From the IMG/VR virus record IMGVR_UViG_3300010362_000048, positions 1-40,668 of that record: a stretch of 40,668 nucleotides of DNA. The stretch is one strand, 5' to 3'. The notes beneath the pieces are model-generated. The model made no database searches and had not been told where the DNA came from. It saw only the letters and a program-made list of their open reading frames with translations. This stretch comes from a virus (lineage: Duplodnaviria; Caudoviricetes). This document shows positions 10,007 to 19,677 of this stretch, piece after piece; position 1 is the first letter of the stretch, and each line of letters opens with the position of its first letter. The position numbers and the translations under genes are program-made.

Positions 10007-11344
10007 TCAGATGCGCGGGATCTGCCAGACCGGGTTCGGCAGATACCCGTAGGGGTTGCGCGCGCCGTAGCCGGTCCCGGCCAGCAGCGCCAGCCGCGAC
10101 GTGTCGTTGAGCGCATTGCCCCACGCGCTGGCGGACCCGACTTGGCCTGCCGCGGTCGAGTTGGCGCCCTGCGTGATGTAGTCGGCCGCCCGCGTCGCGT
10201 ACTGATCGCCCGCGCCGGCCGCCCCACTCGTCGCCGAGCCGCCCGCACTGTAGAGCCCGGTCAGGCGGTTGTAGTAATCGTTGCTCAGGCCGCGCATGTT
10301 GTTGAAGTAGTCCTGCCCCTCCCCGTAGGCCTGCATGTATTGCTGCCACGCGCGGTTATAGGCATCGGTCTGCGTCCCGTAGTTCACCCCGAAGGTGGTC
10401 AGGGCGTTCTTGTAGGCGTCCATGTACTCGCCGTAGCTCGTCTGATACTCGCCGAGCGCCCGGTTGTAGACCCGGTCATACTCGTTGCTGGCGTAGTCCT
10501 GCGCGTAGCGCGCCAGCGCCTTGTCGGTGGCGCCACTGCCGAGCGTCCCGGCCGCGCCCGCGGCGTTGCCGATCGCCTGCATCCCCTGGTTGAGGCGGAA
10601 CTGATAGCCGGGATCGTTTTGTTCGGTGACGTCGGTCGGCGCGACAAACTTCCCGGTCCACGGGTCGAAGTGGAACTCGGGCGCGGGCGGCACCGCCGGC
10701 ATCCCGCCCCCGCCCCCGGGGCTGGTGTCCATGAGCGGCCCGCGCTGGCCGGTCTTCCGGTAGGTGATCTCCTGATCGAGGCGATCGACCCAGTACTGAA
10801 TGTCGTTCGGGTTGGTCTGGTTCGCGCGCTGCAGGAAGTAGTCGATGCCCGCGAGGTCGGAAAGGCCCGGGTTGTTCGGGTCGAGGCCGTACTTCTGGTA
10901 GACGGCCAGCAGGCGCGAGCGCAGGTCGGTGCCGCCGCCGGTGGTGCCGGGCGGCGGGGTCGTGCCGGGCGGCGGGGTCGTGCCGGGCGGGGGCGCCGCG
11001 GCGGGCCGCGTCCAGGCGCCCTGTGGCATCGCGTTGATCGACCGAATGATCGTCGCGAGGTAGGTCGGGTCGATGTTGCTGCCCCAGCCGTTGACCCGCG
11101 CGATGGTCGGCGCGTAGCCCCGGCGCTCGAACGCGTCGGCGATCTGCTGGAAGACGTCACGGTTGCTGCCGGCGCCACCCCCTGCCCCGGGGTCCCAGAG
11201 GTCGTCGGGGTTGTAGCCGACGGCGGTGGGCGCACCCGGCGCGGGGGCGGCCGTCGTCGTCGGAGCCGGGTCGTCGTAGGGGTTCCCCACGTGATACCCG
11301 GGGGTGTAGTAATCGCCGGCGCTGCGGCCGCCTTCACTCGCCAT
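10007..11344 (-). CDS. DNA transfer protein (P22 gp7-like C-terminal part)
   Basis: NDPGYQFRLNQGMQAI..AAGAAG.LGSGAT.KAL.RYAQDYAS.EY, ending in a G/A-rich tail (ANSTAAGQVGSA.AWG). Confidence 0.75.
   Translation of the reverse strand: MASEGGRSAGDYYTPGYHVGNPYDDPAPTTTAAPAPGAPTAVGYNPDDLWDPGAGGGAGSNRDVFQQIADAFERRGYAPTIARVNGWGSNIDPTYLATIIRSINAMPQGAWTRPAAAPPPGTTPPPGTTPPPGTTGGGTDLRSRLLAVYQKYGLDPNNPGLSDLAGIDYFLQRANQTNPNDIQYWVDRLDQEITYRKTGQRGPLMDTSPGGGGGMPAVPPAPEFHFDPWTGKFVAPTDVTEQNDPGYQFRLNQGMQAIGNAAGAAGTLGSGATDKALARYAQDYASNEYDRVYNRALGEYQTSYGEYMDAYKNALTTFGVNYGTQTDAYNRAWQQYMQAYGEGQDYFNNMRGLSNDYYNRLTGLYSAGGSATSGAAGAGDQYATRAADYITQGANSTAAGQVGSASAWGNALNDTSRLALLAGTGYGARNPYGYLPNPVWQIPRI
10941..10994. repeat. 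18-bp tandem repeat (PPPGTT x3)
   Basis: Repeated gtcgtgccgggcggcggg units. Confidence 0.85.
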
Positions 11345-11347
11345 GGC

Positions 11348-11707
11348 TCAGTACCCGCTCGCAAAGGGTGAGAAATGGCCGGTCGCCCACGACGAGCGGG
11401 GGAACCCGCCGTAGCGGCCGCCGGCGTAGTCGGCGAGCGTCAGCGTGGCGGCCGGCGCCGCCCCGCCCCGCCCCGCCGGCTGGCCCCAGTTCTGTCCGCT
11501 CCACGCGCCGAGCGTGCCCAGACCGGGCGCACCACCCCCGCCCAGCATCCCGGGCCCGCCACCCATGGCGCGCGCCGCCGCCGGGGTGTAGAGCCCGAGG
11601 TTCGGCCGGGCGCCGGGGTCGAGTGTGGCCGCGCCGTAGTCGGGCACGACCCCCGGCGAGGTCGGCATGGCGCCGTAGCCGGGCGTGATGCCGCGAAAGC
11701 CCGCCAT
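11348..11707 (-). CDS. Gly/Pro-rich hypothetical virion protein (119 aa)
   Basis: MAGFRGITPGYG...; it fills the gap exactly, 2 bp after the upstream stop. Confidence 0.6.
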   Translation of the reverse strand: MAGFRGITPGYGAMPTSPGVVPDYGAATLDPGARPNLGLYTPAAARAMGGGPGMLGGGGAPGLGTLGAWSGQNWGQPAGRGGAAPAATLTLADYAGGRYGGFPRSSWATGHFSPFASGY

Positions 11708-11709
11708 GG

Positions 11710-12180
11710 TCAGATGCCTCCCAAGCCGCGCGGCGTCCCGGCATAGCGCGAGAGCACGGTCTGCTGCCCGGGCGTGAGCGGGGCCGGCGCCCCCGCATAG
11801 CCGGCCAGCGTCGCCGGCGCCGGTTGGCCGACCGGCGGCGCGCCGCTCGGCTGGAACGTCTGCGGCGCCCCCATCCCGGCCGGATACCCGCGGCTCGGCA
11901 TCGGCGGCAGGAGGCTCCCGGCGGGCAGCGCCCCGGGATGCGTGCCGGTCAGGCCGAGGAAGTCCGTCATCGCATCGCCGGCGAGGTTGCCGCGCTGGAT
12001 GTAGGGCGCATAGAGCCGCTGCGCGTTCTGGTATTGCTCGCGCTGCAGCGCAATCGCCTGGTTGGCGGCATCCGTCTGCGTCTTCGCGGCCGTGTTCGCC
12101 GCGTGACTCTGGATGGCCGCGCTGGCGATCGACGAGCCCGCGCTCGCCGCCAGCGCAATCGCCGTCAGGGTGCCGATCAT
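11710..12180 (-). CDS. DNA transfer protein (P22 gp7-like N-terminal part, 156 aa)
   Basis: Hydrophobic small-residue N-terminus, then AA.TQ.DAANQAIALQREQY......YAPY...G..A...L. Confidence 0.7.
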   Translation of the reverse strand: MIGTLTAIALAASAGSSIASAAIQSHAANTAAKTQTDAANQAIALQREQYQNAQRLYAPYIQRGNLAGDAMTDFLGLTGTHPGALPAGSLLPPMPSRGYPAGMGAPQTFQPSGAPPVGQPAPATLAGYAGAPAPLTPGQQTVLSRYAGTPRGLGGI

Positions 12181-12656
12181 GAGGCGTCCTCCAGTGGCTC
12201 GGGTTCGACGTGGGCCGGCACGAGTGCGCGTTGATACGTGGTCTCGACCGCGCGGTAGCCGCGGCGCGTGTAGAGCGACCCGACGCGCTCGTTGGGCGCA
12301 ATCATCAGGAGATGCTGCGCCCCGTAGGCGGTCGCCCACTGTTCCGCCGCGTCGAGGAGCGCCAGTCCACTGCCCCGGGCCGCGGGTTCCACCCACCATG
12401 CCACCTCGCCGACCGTCGGGACCCCGCTCACGTGGTGGGCGTAGCCGACGAGGCCGATAAAGCCGCAGAGCCCGTGATGGGTCTCGGCGACGAGGAGGGT
12501 GCAGGCGGGATTGGTGATGAGATGCGTGGCAAGCCCCGTGAGCTGCGCGAGGTTCTCGGTGAGGCCCGCGCCGTAGCTCGCGACAAAGCGCCGCGCCATT
12601 GGCAGGATGGCCGGCAGGTCGTCGAGGGTCGCGGGACGGACGGTGATCGCGCTCAT
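12177..12656 (-). CDS. GNAT-family acetyltransferase-like protein (P22 gp14 position)
   Basis: VRPATLDDLPAI, WWVEPAARGSGLALL..AEQWA and LYTRRGY. ATGA overlaps at both ends. Confidence 0.85.
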   Translation of the reverse strand: MSAITVRPATLDDLPAILPMARRFVASYGAGLTENLAQLTGLATHLITNPACTLLVAETHHGLCGFIGLVGYAHHVSGVPTVGEVAWWVEPAARGSGLALLDAAEQWATAYGAQHLLMIAPNERVGSLYTRRGYRAVETTYQRALVPAHVEPEPLEDAS

Positions 12657-13672
12657 CGGCGGAAGTAGAACCGCACGGTGTAGGTGAGCGGCACGCTGCC
12701 GAGGTCGTTGACGGCGGCGAGCGTGTGCGCGTGCGTATGGCTGCTGCCGGCGCTGGTGTTCTGGTTGATCGCGCCCGCGGGGTCGGTGTTCGTGCCGCCG
12801 CCGCCGCCGCTGTTCGTCGTGAACGTGTGGGAATGCAGGCTGCCGGGATTCGTCGTGCCGCTGACGTTGTGGTGGTGACTGTTGCCGCCGACACCGAGGC
12901 CGAGGCCGCTCGTGCCGGCATTGAGCGCCTCGATGCCGCTGTCGACGTTGAAGCCGTGCGTGTGGTTGCCTTCGCCGTCGGTCGTGCCGGTGTGCGTGTG
13001 CGCGAGCCCGGTCACCCCGTGCTGATGCGTGCCGACGGTCACGTTGTGGACGTGCGACGCTTCCGGCGTGATCGCACCACTGAGCGTGATGCCGGCGGCC
13101 TGCGCCGCCACGAGTTGATTGGCGACCGCGGCGCCGCGCAGATAGCGATTGGTGGTCTTGAGATCCGGCGTCGTGAACGGCGTGGCGACGAGTGACGTGC
13201 CGCCCGCGGCGAGATAGTCCGTCGCCGTGCCGTCGCACTCCTGCCAGTTCGCGGGCGTGCCCGGCAGGACCAGAAACGGCGCGAGCCAGCCGCTCCCGCA
13301 ATCGCCCGCGTAAAACTCCCACACCGTGCCGTTCCAGACCATGGTGTGGTTGTAGGGTGCGGTGACGGTGTAGATCAGCCCGGCTTGCGAGGGCCCGAGC
13401 CCGGTCGGCTGCTGGGCGATCGAGCCGCTGTTCGCACTGGGGATGCTGCCGAGCGCGACCGCCACGTTGTTCACGGTGCCGACGAGGCGCCGGAAAAATT
13501 CCAGCCAGAGCCGCGTCATGAGCAGGCTGTTGGCCTCGACCACCGCGGCGCTGTTCGGCACGTAGGGCACCGAGAGGTCGAGCGGCGTCGTGCTGGCGCG
13601 CGTGAGCCCGCCCGTGCCCTTGAACACGGGATTGCTCACCGGAAACTTTTCCTTGCCGTAGGTGGGGCTCAT
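12653..13672 (-). CDS. Tail needle/fibre protein with tail-collar-like domain and His-x-His repeats (gp26 position)
   Basis: P.NWQECDG...TPDL...RYLRG collar motif, followed by SHVH, THQH, AHTH, NHTH, SHHH and HTHAH motifs. Confidence 0.7.
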   Translation of the reverse strand: MSPTYGKEKFPVSNPVFKGTGGLTRASTTPLDLSVPYVPNSAAVVEANSLLMTRLWLEFFRRLVGTVNNVAVALGSIPSANSGSIAQQPTGLGPSQAGLIYTVTAPYNHTMVWNGTVWEFYAGDCGSGWLAPFLVLPGTPANWQECDGTATDYLAAGGTSLVATPFTTPDLKTTNRYLRGAAVANQLVAAQAAGITLSGAITPEASHVHNVTVGTHQHGVTGLAHTHTGTTDGEGNHTHGFNVDSGIEALNAGTSGLGLGVGGNSHHHNVSGTTNPGSLHSHTFTTNSGGGGGTNTDPAGAINQNTSAGSSHTHAHTLAAVNDLGSVPLTYTVRFYFRR

Positions 13673-15252
13673 GCGCCCTTGGCCTCCACATACGCGCCCG
13701 TGAGCCGCCACGGGATGGGGTCGCTGACGCTCAGCTCGAAGACGCGGTCGCGCGACGCGCCGAGCCGGTGCCACCGCACGCGCGCGCCGTAGGTGCCCAT
13801 GCGATGCCCCGACCGCCACCACTCGCTCGACCACGTGTGCGCGCGGTCGTCGCTCCAGCGGAGCATCAGCTGCGGGTCCTGCCCGACCGGGCCGCCGACC
13901 GGAAAGCCGGTGCTGCTCGCGCCCTGCATCGCGCCCACCGGACGCCCGAGGCCGGTCTCCAGCTCCGCCTGCAGCTCCGCAAAAAATTGGTTGCGGTTTT
14001 CGCTCGACAGATGCGGGCAGCGCCGCACGCGCCGGATGGGACTGTTGCGAAACTCCGGCACGTCGTCCCATGCAATCTCCGGGTCGAGCGCGTAGAGTGT
14101 GCTGCTCGCGCGGTCGCCGACGATCGTGAGATTCCACGCGCGCATCCCGCAGGCGGCGCGGTGCTCTTCATGTTCCGCGGTGCGCGGGTTCCAGTAGCTG
14201 CGCTCGTGCCAGAGCTGCGTCGCGCTGTCATAGACCCACGTCGCCTTCGCGGTCGGAAAGGCGAGCATCCAGAACGTGTGGCCGTCCTGCTGATAGGTCC
14301 AGCCGACGGCGTCATCGACGCGCGCGTAGCTGCGCCACGTGTTTTCGATCGCGTGCGTCGAGATGCGCTGCGGTTCATACTGCGTCAGGAGCACGGCGAT
14401 GCGGTCGCCGTCGCGCGTCTTCGCGAGCCACGCCACCGACTGGTCGACGCGCGTGAAGGAGTGCGCCGCGGCGCAGCCCAGCTCGACGAACACGCCGGGG
14501 ATGGGCGCGAAGGGCGGCGTGTCTGAGCCGCCGGTGTTGTACCAGACTTCGGTCGTGTGCTCGCCCGGCAGCCACACCTCGCGGTGGTTCTGCAGCCCGG
14601 TGACGATCGGGTCGGCGCCTTCACTGCGGTTGGCGACCGCCGACGGGTCCCACGTCGCCGCGCCCACATGCCCGGGTCGGAAATTGTCGTCGCTGATCTG
14701 GAACTTCGTCGGGCTCACGGCGAAAAACACCCCGTCCATGTAGAAGACCGAGATGACGGGCGAGACGGCGAGCGTGAGCCCCGTCAGCACACCGGTGCCG
14801 AGGTCATACAGGTAGGCGGCGCCGCCGCTGCAGAGCACGACCTGCAGCTTGTTGCCGGCGATGCCGCTGTGCGCCATGCGCACCGGCTGCCCGTCGTCGC
14901 GCACCTGGCCGCGCACTCCGATCGCGATGCCGACCGGCACGGCGGGGTTCGGCCCGCCCCAGATCGGATTGAGTTGCACGAACTGGGTGCCGCACACGCC
15001 AAAGCCGACCGTCCCCTGAAAGCTCGCGTCCGCCTGATAGGGCATCGCGAGCAGCCCGTTGCGGCGCCACACCCCCGGGAGGGCGGTCGACGGGATCTGC
15101 CGCAGGCCGGGCGTCGGGTAGAGCACGGCCGCCGCGCCGCTCTTCCCCATCTGGCTCTCGATCGCTTCGGGATACCAGTTGATCGTGCGCTGACACTCGG
15201 CCGCGACACTCTTGCTCTGATACGTCGGGCCCACGAGCGGGATCTGGGCCAT
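13669..15252 (-). CDS. Tail hub / packaged DNA stabilization protein (P22 gp10-like)
   Basis: YQSKS...CQRTINWYPE, LYPTPGL, TTEVWYNTG, YQQDGHTF, TWVYD..TQLWHER, MLRWSDD and RDRVFEL..SDP. Confidence 0.9.
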   Translation of the reverse strand: MAQIPLVGPTYQSKSVAAECQRTINWYPEAIESQMGKSGAAAVLYPTPGLRQIPSTALPGVWRRNGLLAMPYQADASFQGTVGFGVCGTQFVQLNPIWGGPNPAVPVGIAIGVRGQVRDDGQPVRMAHSGIAGNKLQVVLCSGGAAYLYDLGTGVLTGLTLAVSPVISVFYMDGVFFAVSPTKFQISDDNFRPGHVGAATWDPSAVANRSEGADPIVTGLQNHREVWLPGEHTTEVWYNTGGSDTPPFAPIPGVFVELGCAAAHSFTRVDQSVAWLAKTRDGDRIAVLLTQYEPQRISTHAIENTWRSYARVDDAVGWTYQQDGHTFWMLAFPTAKATWVYDSATQLWHERSYWNPRTAEHEEHRAACGMRAWNLTIVGDRASSTLYALDPEIAWDDVPEFRNSPIRRVRRCPHLSSENRNQFFAELQAELETGLGRPVGAMQGASSTGFPVGGPVGQDPQLMLRWSDDRAHTWSSEWWRSGHRMGTYGARVRWHRLGASRDRVFELSVSDPIPWRLTGAYVEAKGA

Positions 15253-16007
15253 CAGTATCGCCAGCCCCGATAGGTGTCGCTGTAGATGTCGTAGCCGCCG
15301 AGCGGCCGGCCACAGAAGGCCGGGTCCACCGTCAGCTCGGTGCGGTCGACGTTGGTGCGCTTCACATCGGCGAGCCGCGCCGCGGCCTCCGCGAGAAGGT
15401 CCGGGGTGAGCGGCCGGCCAAACGGGCGCGCGAGCTGGACGGCGAGGTTGCGACTGATGGCCGCCTCGTAGCCGTCACCGAGCCCGACCTGCGTCGAGAG
15501 GTCCGGATACCGCTGCAGCGCGACCGGGATGTAGAGCGCGAGCTGCAACGAGCCCGCACTCTGCAGCGTCGGGAACACCGTGATCGTGCCGGTCGGCTCG
15601 GCGCGGTCGTCGTAGATGGCCCACGGCAGGTTGTTGGTCTGCGGCTTGATGTTGACGGCGGCCCAGCGGTCGGCGGTCAGCACGTCGAGCGGCGTCTCGA
15701 CGCCACTCGCGCTCAGGTTCACGAGGCCGGCGTTCTGAATCCACTGCGGCCGCGGCTGGTTCCAATCGGCGGCGCCGGGGCCGATCGTGTAGCTCGCCTT
15801 GCCGTTGACGAGCGGATGCAGGTCACGCACGACGCCGGGGATGGTGAGCCGCTGCGTGGCCCAGCTGCCGAGCATCTGGTTCAGGCGCAGGAGTCCCAGC
15901 TGCGCATCTTCCGCGCTCGGCGTGGCGCGCGCGCCGAGCAGTTCCAGTTCACGCAGCGCGTCGGTGATGAGGTCGAGCGCGCTGCGCGTGACGAGCGGGA
16001 CGGCCAT
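15252..16007 (-). CDS. Head-to-tail adaptor (P22 gp4-like)
   Basis: DLITDALREL..LG....PSAED...GL..LNQML.SW and GYE.AI..NLA..LA..FG. Synteny upstream of gp10. Confidence 0.8.
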   Translation of the reverse strand: MAVPLVTRSALDLITDALRELELLGARATPSAEDAQLGLLRLNQMLGSWATQRLTIPGVVRDLHPLVNGKASYTIGPGAADWNQPRPQWIQNAGLVNLSASGVETPLDVLTADRWAAVNIKPQTNNLPWAIYDDRAEPTGTITVFPTLQSAGSLQLALYIPVALQRYPDLSTQVGLGDGYEAAISRNLAVQLARPFGRPLTPDLLAEAAARLADVKRTNVDRTELTVDPAFCGRPLGGYDIYSDTYRGWRY

Positions 16008-16010
16008 CGG

Positions 16011-16268
16011 TCACTTCTTCGCCTTGGCCTCCTCGGCCTTCGCGTGCTCCTGGTCGTGCTTGGCGCGCTTCTCGGCGTCGAGGAACCCCTCGGCGGTTTT
16101 TTCCTCTTCTTCCTTCTTGCTCGTGACGATGACGGTCTCGTATTCGAGCGGGTCGGTCTTGAGCGGCTTCGGTTTCGAGAGCTGCTTCGGGTATTCCTGA
16201 ATCGCGGGCTTCGGCGGCTCGGCCGTGGCGGCGCCGCTGTGCCCCGTGTGCTTGGTCTCGTTGGTCAT
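16011..16268 (-). CDS. Small charged hypothetical protein (85 aa)
   Basis: MTNETKH...EYPK...VTSKKEEE; GGAG RBS. Confidence 0.65.
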   Translation of the reverse strand: MTNETKHTGHSGAATAEPPKPAIQEYPKQLSKPKPLKTDPLEYETVIVTSKKEEEEKTAEGFLDAEKRAKHDQEHAKAEEAKAKK

Positions 16269-16272
16269 CTGT

Positions 16273-16626
16273 TCACTCCGTGACGTGCTGGTCGGTGGCG
16301 CGTTCTTCGGCGAGCTTCTCGGCGCGGGCGCGTTTCGAGAGCTTCTGGTCACTGTGGGCGCGCTCGGCCGCGGCATTGGCGATCTGCTCTTGCTGGCGTT
16401 CGTAGATCGCGCGGGCGTCGGCGTAGGTCGCCGCCCAGTCACCGCTGAGGGTTTCGCGCTCTTGCTCACTCGCGACCTCCCGCTCGATGAACGTGCGGCC
16501 ATCCCACCGACGGAACCAGCGCGGATACTCGCGATACTCGTAGGGCACGATCATGAGCGGCGCCTGCTTGACGACAGGCGCCGCCGCGTGGTCATCGAAA
16601 CTGACGGACGACCCCGGACGCCGCAT
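16273..16626 (-). CDS. Hypothetical head-region protein (117 aa)
   Basis: EYPRW...V.SEQE motif, similar to the next gene. Confidence 0.7.
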   Translation of the reverse strand: MRRPGSSVSFDDHAAAPVVKQAPLMIVPYEYREYPRWFRRWDGRTFIEREVASEQERETLSGDWAATYADARAIYERQQEQIANAAAERAHSDQKLSKRARAEKLAEERATDQHVTE

Positions 16627-16629
16627 GGC

Positions 16630-17220
16630 CTACGCGGCCGCCGCGCCGCCGAGCGAGATCGGCAACCACTTGCCGTTGCTGGCCTGCAGCACGACGCTCG
16701 CGGTCGCGGCCGGCAGCGTGATCACGTCCATGGCCGAGCCGCCGCCACCCAGCCCGCCCGCGACCGTGATGGTGTGCGCCGCGCCGGTCGTCGAGGTGAT
16801 CGTGAGCGTGCCGGTGGTGATCTGTAACGGCGCGGCGAGCGTCATCGCGAACGGCCCCGCCCCGACGAGCAGCGCCGTGCCGGGCACCGGATTGATCGCG
16901 CCCGACGCGCTGTAGCTGACCGTCGCCGGGCTGCCGACCGACTGCACCCCGAAGCCGGTGTCGTTGCCGGGGGCCGGCGAGCCCAGATCGGTGCTGAGCC
17001 CGATCTGCACGGGTTCGCCGGTCGCGTGCGCCGAGACCGCGCTGCCATCGAGGCCGCGCCGCAGCAACACCTGGTTGCCGATCGGGTTGCCGACAAACGC
17101 GCACAGCTCGTTGCCGATGAGACAGAAGGACCCCTGCGCGGCGCCGGTCGCCGCGGTCAGGAGCGCATAGACGTCGTTCTTACCGAGCGGACCCGCGAGG
17201 GTCGTTGCGTTGATCGCCAT
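16630..17220 (-). CDS. Probable capsid decoration/accessory protein
   Basis: Ala/Gly/Thr-rich beta-type protein directly after the coat gene. Confidence 0.6.
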   Translation of the reverse strand: MAINATTLAGPLGKNDVYALLTAATGAAQGSFCLIGNELCAFVGNPIGNQVLLRRGLDGSAVSAHATGEPVQIGLSTDLGSPAPGNDTGFGVQSVGSPATVSYSASGAINPVPGTALLVGAGPFAMTLAAPLQITTGTLTITSTTGAAHTITVAGGLGGGGSAMDVITLPAATASVVLQASNGKWLPISLGGAAAA

Positions 17221-17230
17221 GCGTACACTC

Positions 17231-18436
17231 CTAGCTCGCGATGCGCACGGCCAGCTCTTGCCGGATCGTTTTCCAGCCGTAGAGGATGTCCATGCGGGCG
17301 GGCGATTGATCGCTGAAGATGTCGTACGCCTTGACGAAGCGGATGCTGATGCCCAGCTCCTTGCTGCGCACCCGTTCCGCCGCCCAGACGCCCTGCGGCA
17401 TGTCGAGGTCCGCCATCACGAGCGCGAACGCGTCGGCGTGGAACCCGAGGCCGATGTCGCCGGTGACGCCCGTGGTCGCGTCGACCGTGATCGTCGCGCC
17501 GTTGGCCGGCGAGGCCGTCACGTTCTGGAGTGGCCCGCTCGCGACGATCGGCGGCGTGATGGTGACCGACGTCGCGCCGGTCGTGATCGGCGCCAGCAGC
17601 GTGAAGCCCGCCGCGATGCCGGTGTCGGAGTAGTTCTGCGGGTTGACCCAGTTGACGTTCTGCAGGCGCAGGATGTCGCCGGCCGCGAGGTTGCCGGTAA
17701 AGCCCGTGATCGTGAGCGTCGAGCCCGTCTGCCCCGCGCCGCTCACCGTGCCGGCCGCCGTGTAGGTGCCCGCGGTGCGGCGCCACGTGTTCTGGTCCTG
17801 ATACATCTCCTCGAACCCGAGCACGTTGGCGGCGAACTGCCCCTTGCGGAAGCTGTCGCTGATCTGGTTCGCGGGATTGAAGAGGTTCAGGTTGAGCCCG
17901 ACGAGGTTCGCCATCTGCGCCGGCGAGACGACGAGGCACCGGCTGTCCTGCGGACAGGCGAGCTGCGTCAGCGCCACGCCCGCGTTGAGGTAGAGCTGGT
18001 TGACCGTCTGCTGCGTCGAGGGCGCCGTGCCGAGCGTGCCGACTTCGTTCGCGACTTCCTTGCTGCACCGCTGCAGGCCGTCGAAGTCGACCGTGTTGGC
18101 GAGCTGCTCGGCGCCCGGCTTGATGTAGCGGCTGCGGTAGTCGTCGACTTCCATCGTGAGGGACGCCGTCGAGAAGCTCATGCCGACGTTGGCCTGATCG
18201 GTCAACGTGATCGGCACGACGGTGTCCTGAATGCCCTGGACCTGCAGGGCCTGCCCCTTGGTCGTCAGGAACCGTTGCGGGAGCCGCGCGTTGACGGTGT
18301 AGCCGACTTTGGCGCCGTCGTGGACATACTGGTCGTCATAGCTGCGGTTGACGTTCGCGGCAAACTTCAGGTTGTTCACCAGAATGCGCGCGACTTCTTT
18401 CGTCACCCACAGCGGCGTGATCAACGCATTCGCCAT
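17231..18436 (-). CDS. Major capsid protein (P22 coat gp5 family)
   Basis: MAN.LITP..V.KE..RIL.NNL.FA..VNR.YDD......AK.G.TV..R.P and C-terminal R.D.LYG.K..R.ELA.RI. Confidence 0.93.
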   Translation of the reverse strand: MANALITPLWVTKEVARILVNNLKFAANVNRSYDDQYVHDGAKVGYTVNARLPQRFLTTKGQALQVQGIQDTVVPITLTDQANVGMSFSTASLTMEVDDYRSRYIKPGAEQLANTVDFDGLQRCSKEVANEVGTLGTAPSTQQTVNQLYLNAGVALTQLACPQDSRCLVVSPAQMANLVGLNLNLFNPANQISDSFRKGQFAANVLGFEEMYQDQNTWRRTAGTYTAAGTVSGAGQTGSTLTITGFTGNLAAGDILRLQNVNWVNPQNYSDTGIAAGFTLLAPITTGATSVTITPPIVASGPLQNVTASPANGATITVDATTGVTGDIGLGFHADAFALVMADLDMPQGVWAAERVRSKELGISIRFVKAYDIFSDQSPARMDILYGWKTIRQELAVRIAS

Positions 18437-18448
18437 GGTGCTGTGTCC

Positions 18449-19459
18449 TCATCGCAAACCCGCCCGGCGCCGCTGGCGTTCAGCCTCGTTGTTGCGGCGC
18501 ATGTATTCCGGCCCGAAGTCGATCTCGCTCGGGTCGGTGGAACGGTGCGGCCCAGCCCCTACTGGCGTCAGGGGTGCGGGGGCGCGGGGGGTCGGGATAC
18601 GACCCTGCGGCGCGACGCCAGCTGGATGTGGCGCGTCGAGGGTCTGCGCGAGGCGGCCCAATTTGACAAACGCGGGACCGGGCGCGAGGCGGGCGAGATC
18701 CTTGGCTTCCTCAGGATGTCGCGCGAGGTAGTCGATCACGGCGATGCCGGCGGGGTCGTGCCGAAAGAACTGCTCCATCGGGTGCGAAACCTCGATGTCG
18801 GTGGCGGCCGCCACCACGTCGGGGTAGTCGGGGTGGTCTTTGATCCAGTTGTCGCGCCGCTCGTTGAACGCGGCGTCGGCGCCCTGCTGCTGCGCCTGCT
18901 GCTGCAGCTGCGCCTGCGTCTGAAAGAGCGCGCTCGCGAAGCGGTCGTTCTTCCAGTCGATGACGGCGTCGAGAAAATCCTCGTAGTTCGCAAAGTCCCG
19001 CTGGTCGGGTTTCGCGCGCTGCGGGTCGCGGTTCGGCGCGGGCGGTGGCGGGGTGCCGTGGCCGTTCGTCGGCGCCTGCCGCGCTTCGAGGTCCCGATAG
19101 CGGCGCTCGGCGTCCTCGGCCCGCCGCTCGGCGTCGCGCTGGCGGGCCACCGCCTGGTTGATGCGGCGCTGCGCCGGCGTGAGCGGTTTCCCCGGTTGCC
19201 CGCGCTTGTGCCCCTGCACCTCGACCGTGCCGTCGTCGTCGCCCTCGTCGCCGTCCTCGGCGGCCGCCAGCGGCAGCGGCTCAGCCGTCGGCGTCGTCTT
19301 CGTGCGGGGCGTGACGGCCGCGGCCGGCGCGAGCTTCGCGTTCGGGTCCGCACGCTCGGTGTCGCCGGTGAGCGGCGGCCAGCTGTCATGGCCGCTCGCC
19401 GGGTTGAGCGGCGGCGCCTCGGGTGCGCTCGGCGTGCTGGGTGTCGGTTCGTCCGCCAT
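18449..19459 (-). CDS. Scaffolding protein
   Basis: QRRINQ..A..R.AER, KP...DF.NYE.F, HPDY.DVV, Y LA.HPEEA..L; directly upstream of the coat gene. Confidence 0.8.
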   Translation of the reverse strand: MADEPTPSTPSAPEAPPLNPASGHDSWPPLTGDTERADPNAKLAPAAAVTPRTKTTPTAEPLPLAAAEDGDEGDDDGTVEVQGHKRGQPGKPLTPAQRRINQAVARQRDAERRAEDAERRYRDLEARQAPTNGHGTPPPPAPNRDPQRAKPDQRDFANYEDFLDAVIDWKNDRFASALFQTQAQLQQQAQQQGADAAFNERRDNWIKDHPDYPDVVAAATDIEVSHPMEQFFRHDPAGIAVIDYLARHPEEAKDLARLAPGPAFVKLGRLAQTLDAPHPAGVAPQGRIPTPRAPAPLTPVGAGPHRSTDPSEIDFGPEYMRRNNEAERQRRRAGLR

Positions 19460-19480
19460 CGTTCACGCAGACTCGCGGGG

Positions 19481-19539
19481 ACAAACGAAAAGGGGCGACG
19501 CTGATCCGCGGAGTGGTCCGCGGGCCTGCATCGCCCCTT
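19481..19539 (-). terminator. Intrinsic terminator-like hairpin in the scaffold/coat leader
   Basis: Minus strand AAGGGGCGATGC..CCGCGGA-CCAC-TCCGCGG..GCGTCGCCCCTT followed by TTCGTTTGT. Confidence 0.65.
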
Positions 19540-19641
19540 GTCGATGTCCCCTTGTTGCTCACGCGCGCCGCCGGGGTGCGGCTGGTCGGGTAGCTACTCC
19601 CTAGCGCGTGGCGCGAAGTCGTCAGGTCATGTGTGGTCGCT

Positions 19642-19672
19642 AGTGTGCGACTGGTCCCTATTCGCCTGTCAA
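19642..19672 (-). promoter_or_regulatory. Putative promoter of the scaffold/coat leader
   Basis: TTGACA-N19-CACACT, preceded by GAAAAC as at 23035-23046. Confidence 0.45.
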
Positions 19673-19677
19673 GTTTT

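Noticed and set aside
19589-19602. GGGAGTAGC resembling the 5' end of the yybP-ykoY riboswitch
   Set aside because: Other conserved riboswitch elements are not seen, and the context (capsid genes) does not fit.
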